Positions 1 to 9,000 of a stretch of 64,000 nucleotides of DNA are shown here, one piece after another. Position 1 is the first letter of the stretch. Every line of letters begins with the position of its first letter. The stretch spans positions 192,001 to 256,000 of the forward strand of contig CANJVR010000003.1 in NCBI GenBank assembly GCA_947478395.1, written 5' to 3'. Source of the DNA: Opitutia bacterium. Its GTDB lineage: Bacteria; Verrucomicrobiota; Verrucomicrobiia; Opitutales; Opitutaceae. The notes under the pieces are model-generated. The model was not told the origin of the DNA. It was given only the letters and a program-made list of their open reading frames with translations, and ran no database searches. Made by a program: the position numbers and the translations under genes.

Positions 1-894
1 GGTGATCGGCGCTTGTGTGATGCGCTCACCGGCCGCGTGACGATACTGCGTGCGGTAAACGTGGAAGCCGGTATTCGCGGGTTCATCGGCCAGTAGATTC
101 CAGCTGATGAAGATTTTTTTGTCGCCCGCTGACGCGGCCATCAGGCGCCGGTTCTGGAGCCGAAAATGAGTCGTGCCGAGCGGCTCGCGCACGAGGCGGA
201 AACCAAGGTCGGGCCGCCGGATGCCTTCGAGCTGATAGGCGCTCCGGCCGAGCTCTAGATAGTAAGGCGCGCGCGCCCACGAGCCGCCCATGGCCCAGCC
301 TTCACGATCGTCCTGTGACGTAATGCGAAAGACGAAACCGCCGAGGGTGACATCGGGATATTCGGCGATCATCTGCCACGTATTACCGGCCATGTCGTAG
401 AGGCCCCATGGATTGGGTGCATAACTTTTCACCGGCTTCAGCCGCTCTTTCCACGCGCTGATGTCGCGCTCCCCTTTCTCGGAATAGTTGGCGCGCTGCG
501 GAGTGGGCTCGTCGTTGCCCCAGACGTATTTCACGTCGGCCCGGCCGGCGCGTGCCGCGTACTCGAACTCAGAGGACGTCGGCAGCCGATAAACGCGATT
601 TTCCTTTTTCGTGCGCCAGTCGGTGTAAGCGCGTACGTCGCTATAGCGATTCACGAAAACCACGGGAAGATTGGCCAGGCCCGCGGGCGTTTTCCCGTTG
701 GTCCAATAAGGCGGGGCCGCGTAGTGCGTCGCGTCGATAAAAATTTGGTACTCCGCGTTTGTGATCGGGTGCTCCGACATCTCGAAATCGTCGAGCTGGA
801 TACCCGGACGCAACGCACCGCCCTTGATGGGCACGAAAACCTCGGCCAAGGCCGGGGCAAGCCCAAGGACAAGCAGCAGGAAAAGGGGTAGCAT
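1..894 (-). CDS. Secreted FGE-sulfatase (SUMF1/EgtB/PvdO)-domain protein continuing into a rhamnogalacturonan lyase (PL11)-like N-terminal beta domain; 3' end runs off the window
   Basis: Hand translation (not in the ORF track because it has no stop in the window): MLPLFLLLVLGLAPALA signal peptide, RLPTSSEFEYAARAG, NPWGLYDMAGNTWQ, GGSW, DLGFRLVREP, then RRLMAASAGDKKIFISWNLLADEPANTGFHVYR...QAPIT. Alternative GTG start at 903. Confidence 0.85.
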   Translation of the reverse strand, partial: MLPLFLLLVLGLAPALAEVFVPIKGGALRPGIQLDDFEMSEHPITNAEYQIFIDATHYAAPPYWTNGKTPAGLANLPVVFVNRYSDVRAYTDWRTKKENRVYRLPTSSEFEYAARAGRADVKYVWGNDEPTPQRANYSEKGERDISAWKERLKPVKSYAPNPWGLYDMAGNTWQMIAEYPDVTLGGFVFRITSQDDREGWAMGGSWARAPYYLELGRSAYQLEGIRRPDLGFRLVREPLGTTHFRLQNRRLMAASAGDKKIFISWNLLADEPANTGFHVYRTQYRHAAGERITQAPIT

Positions 895-1005
895 CCGATG
901 CACGGAAGCAGGAACTAATTAGAAAGAAGGCTCGTCAACGGAAACACCGTCCGGACAGTCGCACGGCGCAGCGGTCGCGCCGCTCGGTTTCGAGTTTCCT
1001 GTTGC

Positions 1006-1027
1006 GGATTTCGATTTATCGAAATCC
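1006..1027. repeat. Perfect 10-bp inverted repeat GGATTTCGAT-TT-ATCGAAATCC in a divergent intergenic region (operator or REP remnant)
   Basis: Read directly from the sequence; lies between the divergent starts at 894 and 1174. Confidence 0.6.
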
Positions 1028-1173
1028 TAAAATTCGGGCCCGTAACACCAAACGCCAAGCTCCGCCCACCGAGCTGTGTTCGGCTCCGTCCGTCATGTTT
1101 ACGGCGCGAACGATAACTCGACCGTTGCAGCTTCGACGCCGCGGTGTACGCAGAGGAACAAGCCCCCTTTCCC

Positions 1174-3411
1174 ATGCCCGATTCGACGCGTCGTGAATTT
1201 CTAAAAACCTCCGTGATCGCCGGCGCCGCCGTGACGCTCGGCGAATACCCGCTTCGCTCCGCGCGCGCGGCGGAGCCGACCGGCGCGCCTGACATGCGTG
1301 CGGCGATTCCTCCCCCGCCCTCTTGGATCGACAAACCGATGCGCTGGGCGCAGCTCACGCTCGTCGAAGACGATCCCGCCCCGGGCAAATTCGATCTGAA
1401 TTTCTGGCTCGATTACTTTGCGCGCACGAAATCGGACGCCGTGTGCCTGAGCGGCGGCGGCTGCGTCGCCTACTATCCCACCCAAATTCCGTTTCACCAC
1501 CGTAGCGCCTGGCTGGGCAATCGCGATGTGCTGGGCGAGTTGATCGCTGGCTGTCGTAAACTCGGCATGGTCGTCGTAGCCCGCACCGATCCGCACGCGA
1601 CCTACGATGACGCGGAGGCCGCACATCCCGACTGGATTCACGTCACGGCCGAGGGCCAGCGCCGCCGTCACTGGGCCTCCCCCGAAATGTGGGTCACTTG
1701 CGCGCTCGGGCCCTACAACTTCGATTTCATGACCGACGTGAAGCGGGAGATCGCGACGACGTACCGGCCCGATGGGATTTTCATCAACCGCTGGGACGGC
1801 TCGGGCCAGTGTTACTGCGAGCACTGTCGGAAAAACTTCCGCGACGCCTCCGGTTTCGACCTTCCGCGCTCCAACAACCTCCAGGACCCGGCGCGCCGCG
1901 CGTACATGCTCTGGCGGCAGGAGCGGCTCTTTGCGTTGTGGCGAAAATGGGATGACGCCGTGCGCGCGGTGAACCCGGATTCGTGCGTGATCCCGAATGG
2001 CGGTGGCGGTGCGACCAGTTCGCTCGACATGAAACGCATCGGCGAACTCGCCCCGACGTTGATGGCGGATCATCAGGCGCGGCGCGGTCTCATGCCGCCT
2101 TGGGGCAACGGCAAACGCGGCAAGGAATTTCGCGCCACGATGGCCGGCAAGCCCATCGTCGGGATTTTCAGCGTCGGCCTCGAGGAGCCTTACCGCTGGA
2201 AAGACTCGGTGCAAAACGCCGCCGAGATCCGGCTCTGGGCCCTCGACGGCATCGCGAACGGGCTGCGGCCCTGGTTCACAAAATTCGCCGGCAGCGTCAA
2301 CGACCCGCGCTGGCTGCAACCCGTCGAGGAACTCTACGGCTGGTGCGCCACGCACGAACGTTACCTGCGCAACGAGCGGCCCGTCGCGCGCGTGGGGCTG
2401 GTTTATTCGCAGCAGACGGCGTGGTTTGTCGCGGGCGATCGCGGCGCGCGTGATGCAACGGAGGACGCCGGACTCGGCTGGTATCACGCACTGATCGAGT
2501 CGCGCGTGCCGTTCGAAATGGTGCACGACCGCCTGCTCGACGCGGAGCATCTGGCAAGTTTCAAGACGCTGATCCTGCCGAACATCGCGGCGCTGTCCGA
2601 CGCGCAGTGCGCCCAGCTCCGGCAATTCGTGGCGCGCGGCGGCGGCATCGTGGCCACGTCCGAGACATCGGTCTACGACGAGTGGGGCGTGAAACGAAAG
2701 GACTTCGGCCTCGCTGATCTTTTCGGCGTGAGTTTCACCGGTCGTACCGACGGCCCGATGCACAACGCCTACCTGCGGCTCGAGCACGACACCGCGAAGG
2801 GCCATCCGCTGCTCGCCGGGCTCGAGGACGCGCCACGCATCATTCACGGCGTGTGGCGGCTCGACGTGACGCCGAAGGAAAAATTCCTGGCGCCGCCGCT
2901 GACCTTCATTCCGTCGTACCCGGATTTGCCGATGGAGAAAATATTCACGAAGACACCGCGCACCGACATCGCGCAGGTCTTCATGCGGGAAATCGGCGCA
3001 GGCCGCGTGGTGTATTTTCCGTGGGACATCGATCGAACGTTCTGGGAAATCCTCGACGTCGATCACGGCAAGCTACTCCGCAACGCCGTGACGTGGGCGA
3101 CGAACGAACCGCAGCCGGTCACGGTCGCCGGGCCCGGCGTGCTCGATGTCGCGACGTGGCAGCAGAAAAATTCGTTCACCGTTCATCTGGTTAACCTCAC
3201 GAATCCGATGATGATGAAAGGCCCGATCCGGGAGTTTCTACCGGTCGGTGCGCAAACCGTGCGGCTGCGGCTGCCGGCTGGCGCGAAGCCGCGCGGAGTG
3301 AAATTTCTCGTCGGAAAGCAAACTCCGGTGTCACGTCGCGACGGCGAATGGCTCGAGGTCATCGTGCCAACAATCCTCGACCATGAGGTGATCGCGATCG
3401 ATCTGGCTTAG
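1174..3411 (+). CDS. Tat-exported putative glycoside hydrolase (GHL6-like TIM barrel plus beta-galactosidase trimerisation/GATase1-like domain)
   Basis: TRREFLK twin-arginine signal; D..G....C.KLG..V.AR.D motif; CYCEHC; FKTLILPNIAALSD..LRQFVARGG trimerisation-like domain. Start moved to ATG 1174. Confidence 0.8.
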   Translation: MPDSTRREFLKTSVIAGAAVTLGEYPLRSARAAEPTGAPDMRAAIPPPPSWIDKPMRWAQLTLVEDDPAPGKFDLNFWLDYFARTKSDAVCLSGGGCVAYYPTQIPFHHRSAWLGNRDVLGELIAGCRKLGMVVVARTDPHATYDDAEAAHPDWIHVTAEGQRRRHWASPEMWVTCALGPYNFDFMTDVKREIATTYRPDGIFINRWDGSGQCYCEHCRKNFRDASGFDLPRSNNLQDPARRAYMLWRQERLFALWRKWDDAVRAVNPDSCVIPNGGGGATSSLDMKRIGELAPTLMADHQARRGLMPPWGNGKRGKEFRATMAGKPIVGIFSVGLEEPYRWKDSVQNAAEIRLWALDGIANGLRPWFTKFAGSVNDPRWLQPVEELYGWCATHERYLRNERPVARVGLVYSQQTAWFVAGDRGARDATEDAGLGWYHALIESRVPFEMVHDRLLDAEHLASFKTLILPNIAALSDAQCAQLRQFVARGGGIVATSETSVYDEWGVKRKDFGLADLFGVSFTGRTDGPMHNAYLRLEHDTAKGHPLLAGLEDAPRIIHGVWRLDVTPKEKFLAPPLTFIPSYPDLPMEKIFTKTPRTDIAQVFMREIGAGRVVYFPWDIDRTFWEILDVDHGKLLRNAVTWATNEPQPVTVAGPGVLDVATWQQKNSFTVHLVNLTNPMMMKGPIREFLPVGAQTVRLRLPAGAKPRGVKFLVGKQTPVSRRDGEWLEVIVPTILDHEVIAIDLA

Positions 3412-3502
3412 CTTGGAGCATGGTATTTCTAACCAGGCGCTCCATGGTTTATCTTGTCGGATGGAAACATTCACGGTTTCTCGTAGTCCCAGCACCCCAA
3501 TC

Positions 3503-3850
3503 ATGAATTCGAAATTCGCCGGCCTCTTGGCTTTCGCTGCATCAGGCCTCTTGACGGGCTGCTACACGACGGACGGGCGCGTGGTGAATACAGACCAGCC
3601 CGGCCCCGCCGTCGGCGCGGCCGTCGGCACGGCGGTCGGCGCAGTCGCCGGCAATGTGGCTGGCGCGGTCGTCGGCGTCGGCGAAGGCGCGATCGGTGCG
3701 GCGAAGGTCCCTTTCAATACGGATCGGCGCATCATCCGCCAGTGGCGCACGGAAACGACGGCTGACGGTCGCACGATTCAAGTCCCGCACGAATTCGAGG
3801 TCGACGCCCAAGGCCGTATTATTCGTGAAGTGAAGCCGACGACGAATTGA
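3503..3850 (+). CDS. Small lipoprotein with a glycine-zipper region
   Basis: Lipobox LLTGC after MNSKFAGLLAFAASG; GAAVGTAVGAVAG zipper. Confidence 0.75.
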   Translation: MNSKFAGLLAFAASGLLTGCYTTDGRVVNTDQPGPAVGAAVGTAVGAVAGNVAGAVVGVGEGAIGAAKVPFNTDRRIIRQWRTETTADGRTIQVPHEFEVDAQGRIIREVKPTTN

Positions 3851-3968
3851 GCTGGATCCGAAATGGCGGCGGAGCGAGCGCGTCTCGCCTCCATCGACAC
3901 GAATCGAGTATTCGACAAAAAAGCCGGCTCGATCGAGCCGGCGGTAGTGAAACGAAATCGAATTTTAC

Positions 3969-4580
3969 TCAAAACCCAACCGAAGGCCTCTTTCCCTGCT
4001 TCGTGATCTGGCTTTCGTTTTCCCAGACTGCGATACCATCCTTCACGGTCGTCAGTGAAAGTTGAAACGTGTAGGTCACCTGACGCGTGCTGCCGGCGCG
4101 GGCCCGGTCTTCGAGCAGTTTACCGGAAAGCGTGTAGTACGGGAGCGTGGTTTTCTGCTTTTCGCCGTTCAACATCGCGTTCATCTGCGCGGCTTCTTTA
4201 GCCATCGGATCCTCGGCGTTGCCGCCCAACCCCATCGTCGTCGTCGTCACGATCTTGCCGGATTGATTCAGCGCGACGCGGATCTTCTTCACCAGCGAGT
4301 CGGTATCAATCTGTTGCTGGGTGTTGTTGACGATGCGGGATATCGCCATGAGCGCGGGCTGTTGCGGGGCGCGCTCAAGCACGCCGCTCGAAAGCAGCGA
4401 AGCCACCATTTTTTCCGCGGCGTTGTTCCAGTCTTGGATATTAATCTGATCGAGAGAAACGATCGTGTTGGTGCTGTCCGAGGCCACGTACCTCGCCTCC
4501 GTGGGAGCGGTGTCACAGCCCGACAGGAAAAACAAGGCGGGGACGACGGCGGTGCCGGCAAGGATACGGAATGATTTCAT
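3969..4580 (-). CDS. lpoB: LpoB-like lipoprotein (penicillin-binding protein activator LpoB family, TolB_N/CsgG-like fold)
   Basis: Lipobox FLSGC; AAEKMVASLL, IVNNTQQQIDTDSL, YTLSGKL, YTFQLSL...AVWE pattern typical of the family; adjacent to YcfL. Confidence 0.7.
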   Translation of the reverse strand: MKSFRILAGTAVVPALFFLSGCDTAPTEARYVASDSTNTIVSLDQINIQDWNNAAEKMVASLLSSGVLERAPQQPALMAISRIVNNTQQQIDTDSLVKKIRVALNQSGKIVTTTTMGLGGNAEDPMAKEAAQMNAMLNGEKQKTTLPYYTLSGKLLEDRARAGSTRQVTYTFQLSLTTVKDGIAVWENESQITKQGKRPSVGF

Positions 4581-4601
4581 AATGGGAAAAGCGGCCTGGA
4601 A

Positions 4602-5030
4602 TTAAAAATTAGCCGGGGAAACCTCTTTGAGTTTGAGCGTGAAATCCACCGCTTTCGGCGAAATCGCGGTGGAGGAAATGGTCTGCGTTTCACGTCCGCT
4701 GAAACTGAGAGACTGCCATGATTGCGTGATGCCGTTCGTCGCCATGCCGTCCTGATCGGTCCACTCGAATTTGTAGCTGATCGTGCGGCTGTTGTTCTTG
4801 GCGTTTTCCAGGGTGACCTGGACCTTCTTCAGATTTCCCGACACGACGGCGTCATTGACGGAAACAACCCGGATAAGACCGCCGAGCGACTGGTCGGTGA
4901 TCACGCGTTTGTCCGCCACCATGTTCGGCCGGGCGCTCGGCTGAGCGTTGGCGACGGAGTTGACGTTGGTGGCGCAGCCCGTGACGAGTGCGAGGCCGGC
5001 GATGGCCGCGAGAACGAGGATGGATTTCAT
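4602..5030 (-). CDS. YcfL (DUF1425) family lipoprotein
   Basis: Lipobox LVTGC; ISYKFEWTDQDG, W..L...GRET..I.S.A..P.AVDF.L motif. Confidence 0.8.
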   Translation of the reverse strand: MKSILVLAAIAGLALVTGCATNVNSVANAQPSARPNMVADKRVITDQSLGGLIRVVSVNDAVVSGNLKKVQVTLENAKNNSRTISYKFEWTDQDGMATNGITQSWQSLSFSGRETQTISSTAISPKAVDFTLKLKEVSPANF

Positions 5031-5119
5031 GGTGTTTCGAGAATTAAAACCCGACGAATGATCTCCGCCGGGCGCGGCTTAAAATAAACCCTAGGTGCCC
5101 GATCGTGGTGAAAATGTTC

Positions 5120-6715
5120 CTAGGGTTTCAGAACAAACTGATCAACCAGCAGAGGGCCGGTCGCGTTGGTGCTCTTCACGTAGACGACATTAACGCGGCC
5201 CGCGCTGAGCTCGATATTCCGGGTTTGTCCCCCGGCATCGAGCGCCAGCTTGCGGTCGGGGGGCGTCGCCACGCGAACGTATTGAAATTGCTTGGGCAAG
5301 CTGCGCCAAGTGCGGGTATCGGCGATATTCATCGAGGCGCCGGCTGCCGCGGTGACGGCCTTGGCCGCTAGCTGGCCCATGTAGCCCAACCGGTCTGAAG
5401 CCTGTTTTTGAATGACCGCGTCCATCGCAGCTTTGAGCGATGTGGCGATGATGGTTTTCGTGGCCATCGGCCACCAGTCGTTTTTGAAGTCCTGCGCGAC
5501 AACACTGTCCATCGTACAAATGACCGAGCTGCTCCATGTCTCGGTACCGGCCGTGACTTTCAATTCAGGGATGAAATCGTTTTGGAATTTCAGTTTTGGA
5601 AACGCGGCGCCCGCATACGAAAGTTTGCCGGTGATGAGAAAAACCGGGATGTCGATGCGCAGCTGTTCGCGGAACGGTGCGGCCCCGGTTTCAAAGATGA
5701 TGTAGGTCAGACCGGAGGGCAGATTGCCAGTGGCGGCAGCCTCGGCGGCAGCGAAGTCGGCTTTGGCATAGGGATTATCGGGAGCAAAACCGGCGACGCG
5801 TTCGAGAGATTTGCGCGCGCGTTCGAGGTCGGCGTTGTTTTCCGCGTTCGACAGGAAAAACAGCCCGTCAAGGAACACGACAAAAGGATTCACGTAATCC
5901 CCGTAAGGTTTGATCTGCGTATTGAGCTCGGTCTCGACTTCGGCGAACGCGGGCCCGGATTTCGGGTCGGCCCTGACCTTCTCGATATCGGTGGGGCCGC
6001 CTTCACCAACCTTGGCCTCTTGCGCAGCCTCTTGCGCGGCCTGTTGCGCTTGCTCGATGCGTTTGGCGTTCTCGGCCACGGCATCGCGCTGACGCTGGAG
6101 CGCGCGATTGAGTTCGACGCGGGCCGCGTCCTTGTCGCCTAGCTGGATATAATTAAGCGCCTTGTAGGCGTTCATCATCACCTTGTCGTAGGCGCGGCCA
6201 CGATAAGGCAGGTTCTGTTGATTGGTGAAAAGCGCACCGGCTTCACGGCCGAGCCTTATCTGCGCCTGCTCGTCGTAATCGTTGACCTTTTCTTCCGCGA
6301 GATTGAAGGCCGCGATGCTTTGGCGGAGATAGGCCCGGTCGGGCGTTGGAGCGGGGGCCGCTGGCGCGGCGACGTTGGTCTCGGTCTGCGTCGCCGTGGT
6401 TGCGGTGCCGAGCGCTGCGGCCGGCTTCACCGGTTCTGCCACCACGGGCAGCGGGATTTCTGCGAGGGCCGCCTGACGCAAAATGGCGCCCTGCTCCAGG
6501 CGAGCAATCACGGCGTCGGCCGAATTCTTTTCGGCGTCAGCCCGTTTGTTCGCCATGTCCACCGCCGCCGCAATCGACCCGGAACGAACGGCGGTGTCTT
6601 GGGCCGTCGTTTCAGCCGTGTAAGTTTGGCAACCAGTCAAAGCCGCGGCGACGACGGTGACCGCGGTGAGGAAGAAACCGGGGCGAAGATTTTGCGGGAT
6701 GCGGGTTGGTGACAT
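5120..6715 (-). CDS. COG3014-like TPR-containing lipoprotein
   Basis: Lipobox LTGC; PYRG..YDKVMMNAYKALNY, ARVELNRA, ADTRTWRSLP motifs; start taken at MSPTRIP (6715). Confidence 0.75.
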   Translation of the reverse strand: MSPTRIPQNLRPGFFLTAVTVVAAALTGCQTYTAETTAQDTAVRSGSIAAAVDMANKRADAEKNSADAVIARLEQGAILRQAALAEIPLPVVAEPVKPAAALGTATTATQTETNVAAPAAPAPTPDRAYLRQSIAAFNLAEEKVNDYDEQAQIRLGREAGALFTNQQNLPYRGRAYDKVMMNAYKALNYIQLGDKDAARVELNRALQRQRDAVAENAKRIEQAQQAAQEAAQEAKVGEGGPTDIEKVRADPKSGPAFAEVETELNTQIKPYGDYVNPFVVFLDGLFFLSNAENNADLERARKSLERVAGFAPDNPYAKADFAAAEAAATGNLPSGLTYIIFETGAAPFREQLRIDIPVFLITGKLSYAGAAFPKLKFQNDFIPELKVTAGTETWSSSVICTMDSVVAQDFKNDWWPMATKTIIATSLKAAMDAVIQKQASDRLGYMGQLAAKAVTAAAGASMNIADTRTWRSLPKQFQYVRVATPPDRKLALDAGGQTRNIELSAGRVNVVYVKSTNATGPLLVDQFVLKP

Positions 6716-6794
6716 GAAAACGGCGAGTTGCAGCAGAAATGGATGAGGAAAAGAAGCCACGGGGGAGCCCGCGGTTTCAGAGCTTGCAGGGGTA

Positions 6795-7658
6795 TTATTG
6801 TTCGACGCGTCGCAGGACGGCACCGCGATCGATGCCGGTGTCGTCTAGGATTGTGGCCTGCGAGGTCGCGGGATTCACGCGCGTGACACGGACCTTGCCT
6901 ACGGCCATTTCCTCTTTGCCGAGGCTCTTGCCCGTATCGGGGTCGATCAGCTCTTGGCCGAGGGCGAACACCTCCCAGAGCTGGCCGGTGACCATGCCCG
7001 CGGCGTCGCCGCGGTTGATCGTGACCATTTTGTCGATCTTGGAAACGACGCGGGCCGGATAACCAATATCCACGACGCGTTGGGCGATCTTCTCGGCCAT
7101 GGTGCGCGTGAGTTTCACCAGCAAGGCATCGGAGGTCTCACCGTCCTTGACGCCAAGCTGCTCCTCGGCGTCGGCGTTTTGCTCCTGAAAATTTGCGGTC
7201 GCGATGATCTTGTTGGTCTTCGCGTCATAGATTTTGCCGACGGCCGAGAAACGAACAACGCGCTGCGTGACGGTTTTGCCGAGAGCCGCGAACGTGGCCG
7301 TTTTTACCGCATCCTGGAAATCGTCGACGGATACAACGAGCAGGTAATCCGCGTCGCCAAATTCGAAGACCCGCTTCGTGGCCCCGGCTTCCGTGGCGAG
7401 GGCATCGGCGTCGGAGCGGCCGAGAATTTCATATTTTTGGGTGCTCTCGAGCGCAGCGATCAGCTGGCCGTCGAGCGCCTCGGTCATGCGAGCCATCGAG
7501 ATCGCTTTGCCGGATTTGAGCGCCGCAGCGGAAACAGCGGCGCCGGCTTTGACTTTGCCGACGGCAAGTTTCTTGGGTCCGACGGGAGCTTGAGCAAAGA
7601 CCGTGGCGACGGACATCGTTGCGGCGAGCACGGCGGAGAAAATAGGGGCGAGGCGCAT
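6795..7658 (-). CDS. CsgG/HfaB-like protein with a FlgT-like C-terminal beta domain
   Basis: Signal peptide; K YEILGRSD..ADYLL; C-terminal VTINRG...G....V...G.ELIDPDTGKSLG.EE..VG.V.V..V. Confidence 0.7.
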   Translation of the reverse strand: MRLAPIFSAVLAATMSVATVFAQAPVGPKKLAVGKVKAGAAVSAAALKSGKAISMARMTEALDGQLIAALESTQKYEILGRSDADALATEAGATKRVFEFGDADYLLVVSVDDFQDAVKTATFAALGKTVTQRVVRFSAVGKIYDAKTNKIIATANFQEQNADAEEQLGVKDGETSDALLVKLTRTMAEKIAQRVVDIGYPARVVSKIDKMVTINRGDAAGMVTGQLWEVFALGQELIDPDTGKSLGKEEMAVGKVRVTRVNPATSQATILDDTGIDRGAVLRRVEQ

Positions 7659-7718
7659 GGCAGGAATAGATTGAAAATGAAAGAGCGGGTTAAAAGGGGA
7701 CGACTCGTGATCGGCTAA

Positions 7719-8873
7719 TTACCAGCGCAGGCCGGGAATCACGAATTTAACGTTCTCGTTGGTGTCGATGCGGGAGAAACTCTCCGAGAGCATTTTGCCG
7801 TAACCTTCGAGCACCTTAACCTGTCCGTCGGCCAGTTTGGCGTTATTCGTAAGTTCATTGAGAAACGCGGCGGCGTCTTTCCAGCGAGCGTAGCCGGCGT
7901 CACTCATCGTGAGGGCGACGGTAAGCGTCTGACCTTCGACGGCATTGACGGTGCGCTCGAACGGTTTGAAGCCCTCACGTGTGACGCGAAGCTTGGCGAA
8001 GCCCGGACGGAGCGAAACTTTTCCGGGCGCGGTGCCGACGGTCACGCCATCAACTTCGACGGTCGCGTTAAGGGGCGCGAGTTTGAATTTCGATTCACCG
8101 ATTGTGACGAGATTTTCCACGCCAACACGCACGTCAGGGATCATCATTTCGGCCGCCTCCACCTGAATCGTGATGTTCACGAAATTCGCCTTCGGCGCGG
8201 CCGCGGCGATCTTGTTCTGGGCGATGCGCACCTTCAGGCCCGCGGTCATTTTTTGCGCCGCTTCATCGAGCATGCCGTCGACGATATTCGCCGTGTCGGT
8301 GCCGGCCGCCGCAGTCTGTTGAAACGTTTTGCTTACGCGCACGGTGTCTCCGGTCAGGCTGCCTCCGCCAGAAGCGTCGACGATTTTGTAGGTCACCCGG
8401 AGCGTGCGTTCCTGGTTGGTGAGTTTCACGCCGTAAGCGTCGATCTTGCCGTCCTGCGCGGAGAGTCCGGCGATGGAAGCCTGGATGATGTAGTCCACCC
8501 CCATATTCTGCGCCAGGCGCAAGGCGGAGGATTGCTCGGTGAGTTGAGCGTCGAGACCGTCCGCCGGACGCGGCTTGGAAGCGACGACGGGATCGAACTT
8601 GCGGAGCGAATCGACGACCAGTTCACGCGTGAGAACGTTGAAGCCAAGGTCCGTCACCTGCGACGAGATGTAGTCTTCAAGGACGGGAACCTTCGCGTCC
8701 AGCTCTGCGCCGGCTCGATTTGTGATGAAGATCGCAGCCTTGAAAATCTTCGGCGCGTTCTCGTTGGCCGCGGCGGTCGCGGCGGGAAGGGGCGCTTGAA
8801 CGGCGGCTTGGGCAAAAGCGCTAACGAGCGCTAAGCCAGACATGAACCAGATTCGAAGAGCGTGCATTGTCAT
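7719..8873 (-). CDS. Secreted PEGA-domain protein with an N-terminal TolB_N/CsgG-like alpha/beta domain
   Basis: Signal peptide; SALRLAQNMGVDYII; NATVEVDGVTVGTAP...PG..KLRVTREGFKPFERTV PEGA pattern. Confidence 0.7.
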   Translation of the reverse strand: MTMHALRIWFMSGLALVSAFAQAAVQAPLPAATAAANENAPKIFKAAIFITNRAGAELDAKVPVLEDYISSQVTDLGFNVLTRELVVDSLRKFDPVVASKPRPADGLDAQLTEQSSALRLAQNMGVDYIIQASIAGLSAQDGKIDAYGVKLTNQERTLRVTYKIVDASGGGSLTGDTVRVSKTFQQTAAAGTDTANIVDGMLDEAAQKMTAGLKVRIAQNKIAAAAPKANFVNITIQVEAAEMMIPDVRVGVENLVTIGESKFKLAPLNATVEVDGVTVGTAPGKVSLRPGFAKLRVTREGFKPFERTVNAVEGQTLTVALTMSDAGYARWKDAAAFLNELTNNAKLADGQVKVLEGYGKMLSESFSRIDTNENVKFVIPGLRW

Positions 8874-9000
8874 AGGTTAGGAATGCGATCGAACGGCCGA
8901 ATTTTAGTTCCCCAATCAATTTGCGACGGCAAACAAAATGGCGCGCGTGGTTTGCATCCGACCCGCGCATTCATGCGTAAATGCTTTCCCGCCTCAAACC

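Noticed and set aside
1201..3066. 621-aa antisense ORF, and similar long shadow ORFs (e.g. 13475-14314, 26682-27614, 43495-44940, 44502-45518)
   Set aside because: They overlap well-supported genes and have no motifs; they are expected from stop-codon scarcity in high-GC coding DNA.
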